From Balanoglossus misakiensis (lineage: Eukaryota > Animalia > Hemichordata): DNA of 64,000 nt. A program made the translations under genes and the position numbers. Shown one piece after another: positions 1 through 11,874 of the stretch (its first letter is position 1; each line of letters opens with the position of its first letter). The DNA is taken from positions 3,564,902 to 3,628,901 of the forward strand of contig CM082585.2 in assembly GCA_040954595.2 (NCBI GenBank), written 5' to 3'. The notes below the pieces were generated by a model, which did not search any database, was not told where the DNA came from, and was given only the letters and a program-made list of their open reading frames with translations.

Positions 1-975
1 CGTGTGTCTGAGCTTCCCCGGCGAGACCTCGCACAAATCCCCGACGAGTTAGAAAGGGAACTCGCAGTGTCGTTCATTAAGAAGGCGTGGTATATAACGC
101 ATAGGGATATGAGAAGGGCGGGCGGAAAGCTGTCGTGTGTCTGAGCTTCTCCGGCGAGACCTCGCACAAATCCCCGACGAGTTAGAAAGAGAACTCGCAG
201 TGTCGTTCATTAAGCAGGCGTGGTATATAACGCATAGGGATAGGAGAAGGGCGGGCGAAAAGCGGTCGTGTGTCTGAGCTTCTCCGGCGAGACCTCGCAC
301 AAATCCCCGCCGAGTTAGAAAGGGAACTCGCGGTGTCGTTCATAAGCAGGCATGGTATATAACGCATAGGGATATGAGAAGAGCGGGCGGAAAGCCGTCG
401 TGTGTCTGAGCTTCCCCGGCGAGACCACGCACAAATCCCCGCCGAGTTAGTAAGGGAACTCGTGGTGTCTTCATTAAGCAGGCGTGGTATATAACGCATA
501 GGGATATGAGAAGAACGGGCGGATAGCCGTCGTGTGCCTGAGCTTCCCCGGCGAGACCACGCACAAATCCCCGCCGAGTTAGAAAGGGAACTCTCAGTGT
601 CGTTCATTAAGCGGGCGTGGTATATAACGCATAGGGATAGGAGAAGGGCGGGCGGAAAGCGGTCGTGTGTCTGAGCTTCTCCGGCGAGACCTCGCACAAA
701 TCCCCGACGAGTTAGAAAGAGAACTCGCAGTGTCGTTCATTAAGCAGGCGTGGTATATAACGAATAGGGATAGGAGAAGGGCGGGCGAAAAGCGGTCGTG
801 TGTCTGAGCTTCTCCGGCGAGACCTCGCACAAATCCCCGGCGAGTTAGAAAGGGAACTCGCGGTGTCGTTCATTAAACAGGCGTGGTATATAACGCATAG
901 GGATAGGAGAAGGGCGGGCGGAAAGCGGTCGTGTGTCTGAGCTTCTCCGGCGAGACCTCGCACAAATCCCCGCCG

Positions 976-2172
976 AGTTAGAAAGGGAACTCGCGGTGTC
1001 GTTCATTAAGCAGGCGTGGTATATAACGCATAGGGATAGGAGAAGGGCGGGCGGAAAGCGGTCGTGTGTCTGAGCTACCCCGGCGAGACCTCGCACAATT
1101 CCCCGACGAGATAGAAAGGGAACTCGCGGTGTCGTTCATTAAGCAGGCGTGGTATATAACGCATAGGGATAGGAGAAGGGCGGGCGGAAAGCCGTCGTGT
1201 GTCTGAGCTTCTCCGGCGAGACCTCGCACAAATCCCCGCCGAGTTAGAAAGGGAATTCGCGGTGTCGTTCATTAAGCAGGCGTGGTATATAACGCATAGG
1301 GATAGGAGAAGGGCGGGCGGAAAGCGGTCGTGTGTCTGAGCTTCTCCGGCGAGACCTCGCACAAATCCCCGGCGAGTTAGAAAGGGAACTCGCAGTGTCG
1401 TTCATTAAGCAGGCGTGGTATATAACGCATAGGGATAGGAGAAGGGCGGGCGGAAAGCGGTCGTGTGTCTGAGCTTCTCCGGCGAGACCTCGCACAATTC
1501 CCCGACGAGATAGAAAGGGAACTCGCGGTGTCGTTCATTAAGCAGGCGTGGTATATAACGCATAGGGATAGGAGAAGGGCGGGCGGAAAGCCGTCGTGTG
1601 TCTGAGCTTCTCCGGCGAGACCTCGCACAAATCCCCGCCGAGTTAGAAAGGGAACTCGCGGTGTCGTTCATTAAGCAGGCGTGGTATATAACGCATAGGG
1701 ATAGGAGAAGGGCGGGCGGAAAGCGGTCGTGTGTCTGAGCTTCTCCGGCGAGACCTCGCACAAATCCCCGGCGAGTTAGAAAGGGAACTCGCAGTGTCGT
1801 TCATTAAGCAGGCGTGGTATATAACGCATAGGGATAGGAGAAGGGCGGGCGGAAAGCGGTCGTGTGTCTGAGCTTCTCCGGCGAGACCTCGCACAATTCC
1901 CCGACGAGATAGAAAGGGAACTCGCGGTGTCGTTCATTAAGCAGGCGTGGTATATAACGCATAGGGATAGGAGAAGGGCGGGCGGAAAGCGGTCGTGTGT
2001 CTGAGCTTCTCCGGCGAGACCTCGCACAAATCCCCGCCGAGTTAGAAAGGGAACTCGCGGTGTCGTTCATTAAGCAGGCGTGGTATATAACGCATAGGGA
2101 TAGGAGAAGGGCGGGCGGAGAGCGGTCGTGTGTCTGAGCTTCTCCGGCGAGACCTCGCACAAATCCCCGGCG
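976..2172 (+). repeat. 3-mer higher-order repeat (399 bp), three units
   Basis: The marker ACAATTCCCCGACGAGATAG recurs near 1097, 1496 and 1895. Similar trimer runs occur near 15.5-16.2, 19.1-20.2, 22.1-23.2, 43.0-43.7, 47.7-48.8 and 50.7-52.9 kb. Boundaries are approximate. Confidence 0.9.
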
Positions 2173-5100
2173 AGTTAGAAAGGGAACTCGCAGTGTCGTT
2201 CATCAAGCAGGCGTGGTATATAACGCATAGGGATAGGAGAAGGGCGGGCGGAAAGCGGTCGTGTGTCTGAGCTTCTCCGGCGAGACCTCGCACAAATCCC
2301 CGACGAGTTAGAAAGGGAACTCGTGGTGTCGTTCATTAAACAGGCGTGGTATATAACGCATAGGGATAGGAGAAGGGCGGGCGGAAAGCGGTCGTGTGTC
2401 TGAGCTTCTCCGGCGAGACCTCGCACAAATCCCCGGCGAGTTAGAAAGGGAACTCGCAGTGTCGTTCATTAAGCAGGCGTGGTATATAACGCATAGGGAT
2501 AGGAGAAGGGCGGGCGGAAAGCGGTCGTGTGTCTGAGCTTCTCCGGCGAGACCTCGCACAAATCCCCGACGAGTTAGAAAGGGAACTCGTGGTGTCGTTC
2601 ATTAAACAGGCGTGGTATATAACGCATAGGGATAGGAGAAGGGCGGGCGGAAAGCGGTCGTGTGTCTGAGCTTCTCCGGCGAGACCTCGCACAAATCCCC
2701 GACGAGTTAGAAAGGGAACTCGTGGTGTCGTTCATTAAACAGGCGTGGTATATAACGCATAGGGATAGGAGAAGGGCGGGCGGAAAGCGGTCGTGTGTCT
2801 GAGCTTCTCCGACGAGACCTCGCACAAATCCCCGACGAGTTAGAAAGGGAACTCGTGGTGTCGTTCATTAAACAGGCGTGGTATATAACGCATAGGGATA
2901 GGAGAAGGGCGGGCGGAAAGCGGTCGTGTGTCTGAGCTACCCCGGCGAGACCTCGCACAAATCACGCCGAGTTAGAAAGGGAACTCGTGGTGTCGTTCAT
3001 TAAACAGGCGTGGTATATAACGCATAGGGATAGGAAAAGGGCGGGCGGAAAGCGGTCGTGTGTCTGAGCTTCTCCGGCGAGACCTCGCGCAAATCCCCGC
3101 CGAGTTAGAAAGGGAACTCGCGGTGTCGTTCATTAAGCAGGCGTGGTATATAACGCATAGGGATAGGAGAAGGGCGGGCGGAAAGCGGTCGTGTGTCTGA
3201 GCTACCCCGGCGAGACCTCGCACAAATCCCCGCCGAGTTAGAAAGGGAACTCGCGGTGTCGTTCATCAAGCAGGCGTGGTATATAACGCATAGGGATAGG
3301 AGAAGGGCGGGCGGAAAGCGGTCGTGTGTCTGAGCTTCTCCGGCGAGACCTCGCACAAATCCCCGACGAGTTAGAAAGGGAACTCGTGGTGTCGTTCATT
3401 AAACAGGCGTGGTATATAACGCATAGCATATAGGGATAGGAGAAGGGCGGGCGGAAAGCGGTCGTGTGTCTGAGCTTCCCCGGCGAGACCTCGCACAAAT
3501 CCCCGACGAGTTAGAAAGGGAACTCGCTGTGTCGTTCATTAAGCAGGCGTGGTATATAACGCATAGGGATAGGAGAATGGCGGAAAGCGGTCGTGTGTCT
3601 GAGCTTCCCCGGCGAGACCTCGCACAAATCCCCGACAAGTTAGAAAGGGAACTCGTGGTGTCGTTCATTAAACAGGCGTGGTATATAACGCTTAGGGATA
3701 GGAGAAGGGCGGGCGGAAAGTGGTCGTGTGTCTGAGCTTCCCCGGCGAGACCACGCACAAATCCCCGCCGAGTTAGAAAGGGAACTCGTGGTGTCTTCAT
3801 TAAGCAGGCGTGGTATATAACGCATAGGGATATGAGAAGAGCGGGCGGATAGCCGTCGTGTGCCTGAGCTTCCCCGGCGAGACCACGCACAAATCCCCGC
3901 CGAGTTAGAAAGGGAACTCTCAGTGTCGTTCATTAAGCGGGCGTGGTATATAACGCATAGGGATAGGAGAAGGGCGGGCGGAAAGCGGTCGTGTGTCTGA
4001 GCTTCTCCGGCGAGACCTCGCACAAATCCCCGACGAGATAGAAAGGGAACTCGCGGTGTCGTTCATTAAGCAGGCGTGGTATATAACGCATAGGGATAGG
4101 AGAAGGGCGGGCGGAAAGCCGTCGTGTTTCTGAGCTTCTCCGGCGAGACCTCGCACAAATCCCCGCCGAGTTAGAAAGGGAATTCGCGGTGTCGTTCATT
4201 AAGCAGGCGTGGTATATAACGCATAGGGATAGGAGAAGGGCGGGCGGAAAGCGGTCGTGTGTCTGAGCTTCCCCGGCGAGACCTCGCACAAATCCCCGAC
4301 GAGTTAGAAAGGGAACTCGTGGTGTCGTTCATTAAACAGGCGTGGTATATAACGCATAGGGATAGGAGAAGGGCGGGCGGAAAGCGGTCGTGTGTCTGAG
4401 CTACCCCGGCGAGACCTCGCACAAATCACGCCGAGTTAGAAAGGGAACTCGTGGTGTCGTTCATTAAACAGGCGTGGTATATAACGCATAGGGATAGGAG
4501 AAGGGCGGGCGGAAAGCGGTCGTGTGTCTGAGCTTCTCCGGCGAGACCTCGCACAATTCCCCGACGAGATAGAAAGGGAACTCGCGGTGTCGTTCATTAA
4601 GCAGGCGTGGTATATAACGCATAGGGATAGGAGAAGGGCGGGCGGAAAGCCGTCGTGTGTCTGAGCTTCTCCGGCGAGACCTCGCACAAATCCCCGCCGA
4701 GTTAGAAAGGGAACTCGCGGTGTCGTTCATTAAGCAGGCGTGGTATATAACGCATAGCGATAGGAGAAGGGCGGGCGGAAAGCGGTCGTGTGTCTGAGCT
4801 TCTCCGGCGAGACCTCGCACAAATCCCCGACGAGTTAGAAAGGGAACTCGTGGTGTCGTTCATTAAACAGGCGTGGTATATAACGCATAGGGATAGGAGA
4901 AGGGCGGGCGGAAAGCGGTCGTGTGTCTGAGCTTCTCCGGCGAGACCTCGCACAAATCCCCGGCGAGTTAGAAAGGGAACTCGCAGTGTCGTTCATTAAG
5001 CAGGCGTGGTATATAACGCATAGGGATAGGAGAAGGGCGGGCGGAAAGCGGTCGTGTGTCTGAGCTTCTCCGGCGAGACCTCGCACAAATCCCCGACGAG

Positions 5101-6156
5101 TTAGAAAGGGAACTCGTGGTGTCGTTCATTAAACAGGCGTGGTATATAACGCATAGGGATAGGAGAAGGGCGGGCGGAAAGCGGTCATGTGTCTGAGCTA
5201 CCCCGGCGAGACCTCGCACAAATCCCCGACGAGTTAGAAAGGGAACTCGTGGTGTCGTTCATTAAACAGGCGTGGTATATAACGCATAGGGATAGGAGAA
5301 GGCCGGGCGGAAAGCGGTCGTGTGTCTGAGCTTCCCCGGCGAGACCTCGCACAAATCCCCGACGAGTTAGAAAGGGAACTCGTGGTGTCGTTCATTAAAC
5401 AGGCGTGGTATATAACGCATAGGGATAGGAGAAGGGCGGGCGGAAAGCGGTCGTGTGTCTGAGCTACCCCGGCGAGACCTCGCACAAATCACGCCGAGTT
5501 AGAAAGGGAACTCGTGGTGTCGTTCATTAAACAGGCGTGGTATATAACGCATAGGGATAGGAGAAGGGCGGGCGGATAGCCGTCGTGTGCCTGAGCTTCC
5601 CCGGCGAGACCACGCACAAATCCCCGCCGAGTTAGAAAGGGAACTCTCAGTGTCGTTCATTAAGCGGGCGTGGTATATAACGCATAGGGATAGGAGAAGG
5701 GCGGGCGGAAAGTGGTCGTGTGTCTGAGCTTCTCCGGCGAGACCTCGCACAAATCCCCGACGAGTTAGAAAGAGAACTCGCAGTGTCGTTCATTAAGCAG
5801 GCGTGGTATATAACGAATAGGGATAGGAGAAGGGCGGGCGAAAAGCGGTCGTGTGTCTGAGCTTCTCCGGCGAGACCTCGCACAAATCCCCGGCGAGTTA
5901 GAAAGGGAACTCGCGGTGTCGTTCATTAAACAGGCGTGGTATATAACGCATAGCATATAGGGATAGGAGAAGGGCGGGCGGAAAGCGGTCGTGTGTCTGA
6001 GCTTCCCCGGCGAGACCTCGCACAAATCCCCGACGAGTTAGAAAGGGAACTCGCTGTGTCGTTCATTAAGCAGGCGTGGTATATAACGCATAGGGATAGG
6101 AGAATGGCGGAAAGCGGTCGTGTGTCTGAGCTTCCCCGGCGAGACCTCGCACAAAT

Positions 6157-6590
6157 GAACGACACCGCGAGTTCCCTTTCTAACTCGGCGGGGATTTGTG
6201 CGAGGTCTCGCCGGAGAAGCTCAGACACACGACCGCTTTCCGCCCGCCCTTCTCCTATCCCTATGCGTTATATACCACGCCTGTTTAATGAAAGACACCA
6301 CGAGTTCCCTTTCTAACTCGGCGTGATTTGTGCGAGGTCTCGCCGGGGTAGCTCAGACACACGACCGCTTTCCGCCCGCCCTTCTCCTATCCCTATGCGT
6401 TATATACCACGCCTGTTTAATGAACGACACCACGAGTTCCCTTTCTAACTCGTCGGGGATTTGTGCGAGGTCTCGCCGGAGAAGCTCAGACACACGACCG
6501 CTTTCCGCCCGCCCTTCTCCTATCCCTAAGCGTTATATACCACGCCTGTTTAATGAACGACACCACGAGTTCCCTTTCTAACTTGTCGGG
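6157..6590 (-). repeat. Inverted satellite segment, copy 1 (434 bp, about 3.3 monomers)
   Basis: After ...GCACAAAT the sequence switches to the reverse complement (GAACGACACCGCGAGTTCCCTTTCTAAC...) and returns to forward at ...TTGTCGGG|CATTAAGCAG. Confidence 0.98.
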
Positions 6591-9500
6591 CATTAAGCAG
6601 GCGTGGTATATAACGCATAGGGATAGGAGAAGGGCGGGCGGAAAGCGGTCGTGTGTCTCAGCTACCCCGGCGAGACCTCGCACAAATCCCCGCCGAGTTA
6701 GAAAGGGAACTCGCGGTGTCGTTCATCAAGCAGGCGTGGTATATAACGCATAGGGATAGGAGAAGGGCGGGCGGAAAGCGGTCGTGTGTCTGAGCTTCTC
6801 CTGCGAGACCTCACACAAATCCCCGACGAGTTAGAAAGGGAACTCGTGGTGTCGTTCATTAAACAGGCGTGGTATATAACGCATAGGGATAGGAGAAGGG
6901 CGGGCGGAAAGCGGTCGTGTGTCTGAGCTTCCCCGGCGAGACCTCGCACAAATTCCCGACGAGTTAGAAAGGGAACTCGAGGTGTCGTTCATTAAGCAGG
7001 CGTGGTATATAACGCATATGGATAGGAGAATGGCGGAAAGCGGTCGTGTGTCTGAGCTTCCCCGGCGAGACCTCGCACAAATCCCCGACAAGTTAGAAAG
7101 GGAACTCGCAGTGTCGTTCATTAAGCAGGCGTGGAATATAACGCATAGGGATAGGAGAAGGGCGGGCGGAAACGGTCGTGTGTCTGAGCTTCTCCGGCGA
7201 GACCTCGCACAAATCCCCGCCGAGTTAGAAAGGGAACTCGCGGTGTCGTTCATTAATCAGGCGTGGTATATAACGCATAGGGATAGGAGAAGGGCGGGCG
7301 GAAAGCGGTCGTGTGTCTGAGCTTCTCCGGCGAGACCTCGCACAAATCCCCGGCCAGTTAGAAAGGGAACTCGCAGTGTCGTTCATTAAGCAGGCGTGGT
7401 ATATAACGCATAGGGATAGGAGAAGGGCGGGCGGAAAGCCGTCGTGTGTCTGAGCTTCTCCGGCGAGACCTCGCACAAATCCCCGGCGAGTTAGAAAGGG
7501 AACTCGCAGTGTCGTTCATTAAGCAGGCGTGGTATATAACGCATAGGGATAGGAGAAGGGCGGGCGGAAAGCGGTCGTGTGTCTGAGCTTCTCCGGCGAG
7601 ACCTCGCACAAATCCCCGACGAGTTAGAAAGGGAACTCGTGGTGTCGTTCATTAAACAGGCGTGGTATATAACGCATAGCATATAGGGATAGGAGAAGGG
7701 CGGGCGGAAAGCGGTCGTTTGTCTGAGCTTCCCCGGCGAGACCTCGCACAAATCCCCGACGAGTTAGAAAGGGAACTCGCTGTGTCGTTCATTAAGCAGG
7801 CGTGGTATATAACGCATAGGGATAGGAGAATGGCGGAAAGCGGTCGTGTGTCTGAGCTTCCCCGGCGAGACCTCGCACAAATCCCCGACAAGTTAGAAAG
7901 GGAACTCGTGGTGTCGTTCATTAAACAGGCGTGGTATATAACGCTTAGGGATAGGAGAAGGGCGGGCGGAAAGCGGTCGTGTGTCTGAGCTTCCCCGGCG
8001 AGAACACGCACAAATCCCCGCCGAGTTAGAAAGGGAACTCGTGGTGTCTTCATTAAGCAGGCGTGGTATATAACGCATAGGGATATGAGAAGGGCGGGCG
8101 GAAAGCGGTCGTGTGTCTGAGCTTCTCCGGCGAGACCTCGCACAAATCCCCGCCGAGTTAGAAAGGGAACTCGCGGTGTCGTTCATTAAGCAGGCGTGGT
8201 ATATAACGCATAGGGATAGGAGAAGGGCGGGCGGAAAGCGGTCGTGTGTCTGAGCTTCTCCGGCGAGACCTCGCACAAATCCCCGACGAGTTAGAAAGGG
8301 AACTCGTGGTGTCGTTCATTAAACAGGCGTGGTATATAACGCATAGCATATAGGGATAGGAGAAGGGCGGGCGGAAAGCGGTCGTGTGTCTGAGCTTCCC
8401 CGGCGAGACCTCGCACAAATCCCCGACGAGTTAGAAAGGGAACTCGCTGTGTCGTTCATTAAGCAGGCGTGGTATATAACGCATAGGGATAGGAGAATGG
8501 CGGAAAGCGGTCGTGTGTCTGAGCTTCCCCGGCGAGACCTCGCACAAATCCCCGACAAGTTAGAAAGGGAATTCGTGGTGTCGTTCATTAAACAGGCGTG
8601 GTATATAACGCTTAGGGATAGGAGAAGGGCGGGCGGAAAGCGGTCGTGTGTCTGAGCTTCTCCGGCGAGACCTCGCACAAATCCCCGACGAGTTAGAAAG
8701 GGAACTCGTGGTGTCATTCATTAAACAGGCGTGGTATATAACGCATAGGGATAGGAGAAGGGCGGGCGGAAAGCGGTCGTGTGTCTGAGCTACCCCGGCG
8801 AGACCTCGCACAAATCACGCCGAGTTAGAAAGGGAACTCGTGGTGTCTTTCATTAAACAGGCGTGGTATATAACGCATAGGGATAGGAGAAGGGCGGGCG
8901 GAAAGCGGTCGTGTGTCTGAGCTTCTCCGGCGAGACCTCGCACAAATCCCCGCCGAGTTAGAAAGGGAACTCGCGGTGTCGTTCATTAAGCAGGCGTGGT
9001 ATATAACGCATAGGGATAGGAGAAGGGCGGGCGGAAAGCGGTCGTGTGTCTGAGCTACCCCGGCGAGACCTCGCACAAATCCCCGCCGAGTTAGAAAGGG
9101 AACTCGCGGTGTCGTTCATCAAGCAGGCGTGGTATATAACGCATAGGGATAGGAGAAGGGCGGGCGGAAAGCGGTCGTGTGTCTGAGCTTCTCCGGCGAG
9201 ACCTCGCACAAATCCCCGGCGAGTTAGAAAGGGAACTCGCGGTGTCGTTCATTAAGCAGGCGTGGTATATAACGCATAGGGATAGGAGAAGGGCGGGCGG
9301 AAAGCGGTCGTGTGTCTGAGCTACCCCGGCGAGACCTCGCACAAATCCCCGCCGAGTTAGAAAGGGAACTCGCGGTGTCGTTCATCAAGCAGGCGTGGTA
9401 TATAACGCATAGGGATAGGAGAAGGGCGGGCGGAAAGCGGTCGTGTGTCTGAGCTTCTCCGGCGAGACCTCGCACAAATCCCCGGCGAGTTAGAAAGGGA

Positions 9501-11874
9501 ACTCGCGGTGTCGTTCATTAAGCAGGCGTGGTATATAACGCATAGGGATAGGAGAAGGGCGGGCGGAAAGCGGTCGTGTGTCTGAGCTTCTCCGGCGAGA
9601 CCTCGCACAAATCCCCGACGAGTTAGAAAGGGAACTCGTGGTGTCGTTCATTAAACAGGCGTGGTATATAACGCATAGGGATAGGAGAAGGGCGGGCGGA
9701 AAGCGGTCGTGTGTCTGAGCTTCTCCGGCGAGACCTCGCACAAATCCCCGCCGAGTTAGAAAGGGAACTCGCGGTGTCGTTCATTAAGCAGGCGTGGTAT
9801 ATAACGCATAGGGATAGGAGAAGGGCGGGCGGAAAGCGGTCGTGTGTCTGAGCTACCCCGGCGAGACCTCGCACAAATCCCCGCCGAGTTAGAAAGGGAA
9901 CTCACGGTGTCGTTCATCAAGCAGGCGTGGTATATAACGCATAGGGATAGGAGAAGGACGGGCGGAAAGCGGTCGTGTATCTGAGCTTCTCCGGCGAGAC
10001 CTCGCACAAATCCCCGCCGAGTTAGAAAGGGAACTCGCGGTGTCGTTCATTAAGCAAGCGTGGTATATAACGCATAGGGATAGGAGAAGGGCGGGCGGAA
10101 AGCGGTCGTGTGTCTGAGCTACCCCGGCGAGACCTCGCACAAATCCCCGCCGAGTTAGAAAGGGAACTCGCGGTGTCGTTCATCAAGCAGGCGTGGTATA
10201 TAACGCATAGGGATAGGAGAAGGGCGGGCGGAAAGCGGTCGTGTGTCTGAGCTTCTCCGGCGAAACCTCGCACAAATCCCCGACGAGTTAGAAAGGGAAC
10301 TCGTGGTGTCGTTCATTAAACAGGCGTGGTATATAACGCATAGGGATAGGAGAAGGGCGGGCGGAAAGCGTTCGTGTGTCTGAGCTTCCCCGGCGAGACC
10401 TCGCACAAATCCCCGACGAGTTAGAAAGGGAACTCGAGGTGTCGTTCATTAAGCAGGCGTGGTATATAACGCATATGGATAGGAGAATGGCGGAAAGCGG
10501 TCGTGTGTCTGAGCTTCCTCGGCGAGACCTCGCACAAATCCCCGACAAGTTAGAAAGGGAACTCGCAGTGTCGTTCATTAAGCAGGCGTGGAATATAACG
10601 CATAGGGATAGGAGAAGGGCGGGCGGAAACGGTCGTGTGTCTGAGCTTCTCCGGCGAGACCTCGCACAAATCCCCGCCGAGTTAGAAAGGGAACTCGCGG
10701 TGTCGTTCATTAATCAGGCGTGGTATATAACGCATAGGGATAGGAGAAGGGCGGGCGGAAAGCGGTCGTGTGTCTGAGCTTCTCCGGCGAGACCTCGCAC
10801 AAATCCCCGGCGAGTTATAAAGGGAACTCGCAGTGTCGTTCATTAAGCAGGCGTGGTATATAACGCATAGGGATAGGAGAAGGGCGGGCGGAAAGCCGTC
10901 GTGTGTCTGAGCTTCTCCGGCGAGACCTCGCACAAATCCCCGCCGAGTTAGAAAGGGAACTCGCGGTGTCGTTCATTAAGCAGGCGTGGTATATAACGCA
11001 TAGGGATAGGAGAAGGGCGGGCGGAAAGCGGTCGTGTGTCTGAGCTTCTCCGGCGAGACCTCGCACAAATCCCCGGCGAGTTAGAAAGGGAACTCGCGGT
11101 GTCGTTCATTAAGCAGGCGTGGTATATAACGCATAGGGATAGGAGAAGGGCGGGCGGAAAGCGGTCGTGTGTCTGAGCTTCTCCGGCGAGACCTCGCACA
11201 AATCCCCGGCGAGTTAGAAAGGGAACTCGCAGTGTCGTTCATTAAGCAGGCGTGTTATATAACGCATAGGGATAGGAGAAGGGCGGGCGGAAAGCGGTCG
11301 TGTGTCTGAGCTTCTCCGGCGAGACCTCGCACAAATCCCCGACGAGTTAGAAAGGGAACTCGTGGTGTCGTTCATTAAACAGGCGTGGTATATAACGCAT
11401 AGGGATAGGAGAAGGCGGGCGGAAAGCGGTCGTGTGTCTGAGCTTCTCCGGCGAGACCTCGCACAAATCCCCGACGAGTTAGAAAGGGAACTCGTGGTGT
11501 CGTTCATTAAACAGGCGTGGTATATAACGCATAGGGATAGGAGAAGGGCGGGCGGAAAGCGGTCGTGTGTCTGAGCTACCCCGGCGAGACCTCGCACAAA
11601 TCACGCCGAGTTAGAAAGGGAACTCGTGGTGTCGTTCATTAAACAGGCGTGGTATATAACGCATAGGGATAGGAGAAGGGCGGGCGGAAAGCGGTCGTGT
11701 GTCTGAGCTTCTCCGGCGAGACCTCGCACAAATCCCCGCCGAGTTAGAAAGGGAACTCGCGGTGTCGTTCATTAAGCAGGCGTGGTATATAACGCATAGG
11801 GATAGGAGAAGGGCGGGCGGAAAGCGGTCGTGTGTCTGAGCTTCTCCGGCGAGACCTCGCACAAATCCCCGCCG

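Noticed and set aside
1639-1771. Hammerhead-ribozyme satellite or retrozyme
   Set aside because: The plus strand has CTGAGC rather than CTGANGA. The minus strand has TTAATGA or TTGATGA with no stem II and GAAA following. An Infernal/Rfam search would be the formal test.
1639-1771. 5S rRNA, tRNA or spliced-leader RNA gene array
   Set aside because: I could not recognise 5S sequence, a cloverleaf, Pol III A/B/C boxes, an oligo-T terminator of four or more T, or an Sm site.
1639-1771. CENP-B box
   Set aside because: The TTCG-N4-A-N2-CGGG pattern is not present on either strand of the consensus.
6154-6594. Invertible switch (site-specific recombinase) or MITE insertion
   Set aside because: The segment is pure satellite with only 3 bp of perfect terminal inverted homology, no target-site duplication and no recombinase. 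All inverted copies share linked SNPs, which indicates a single historical event.
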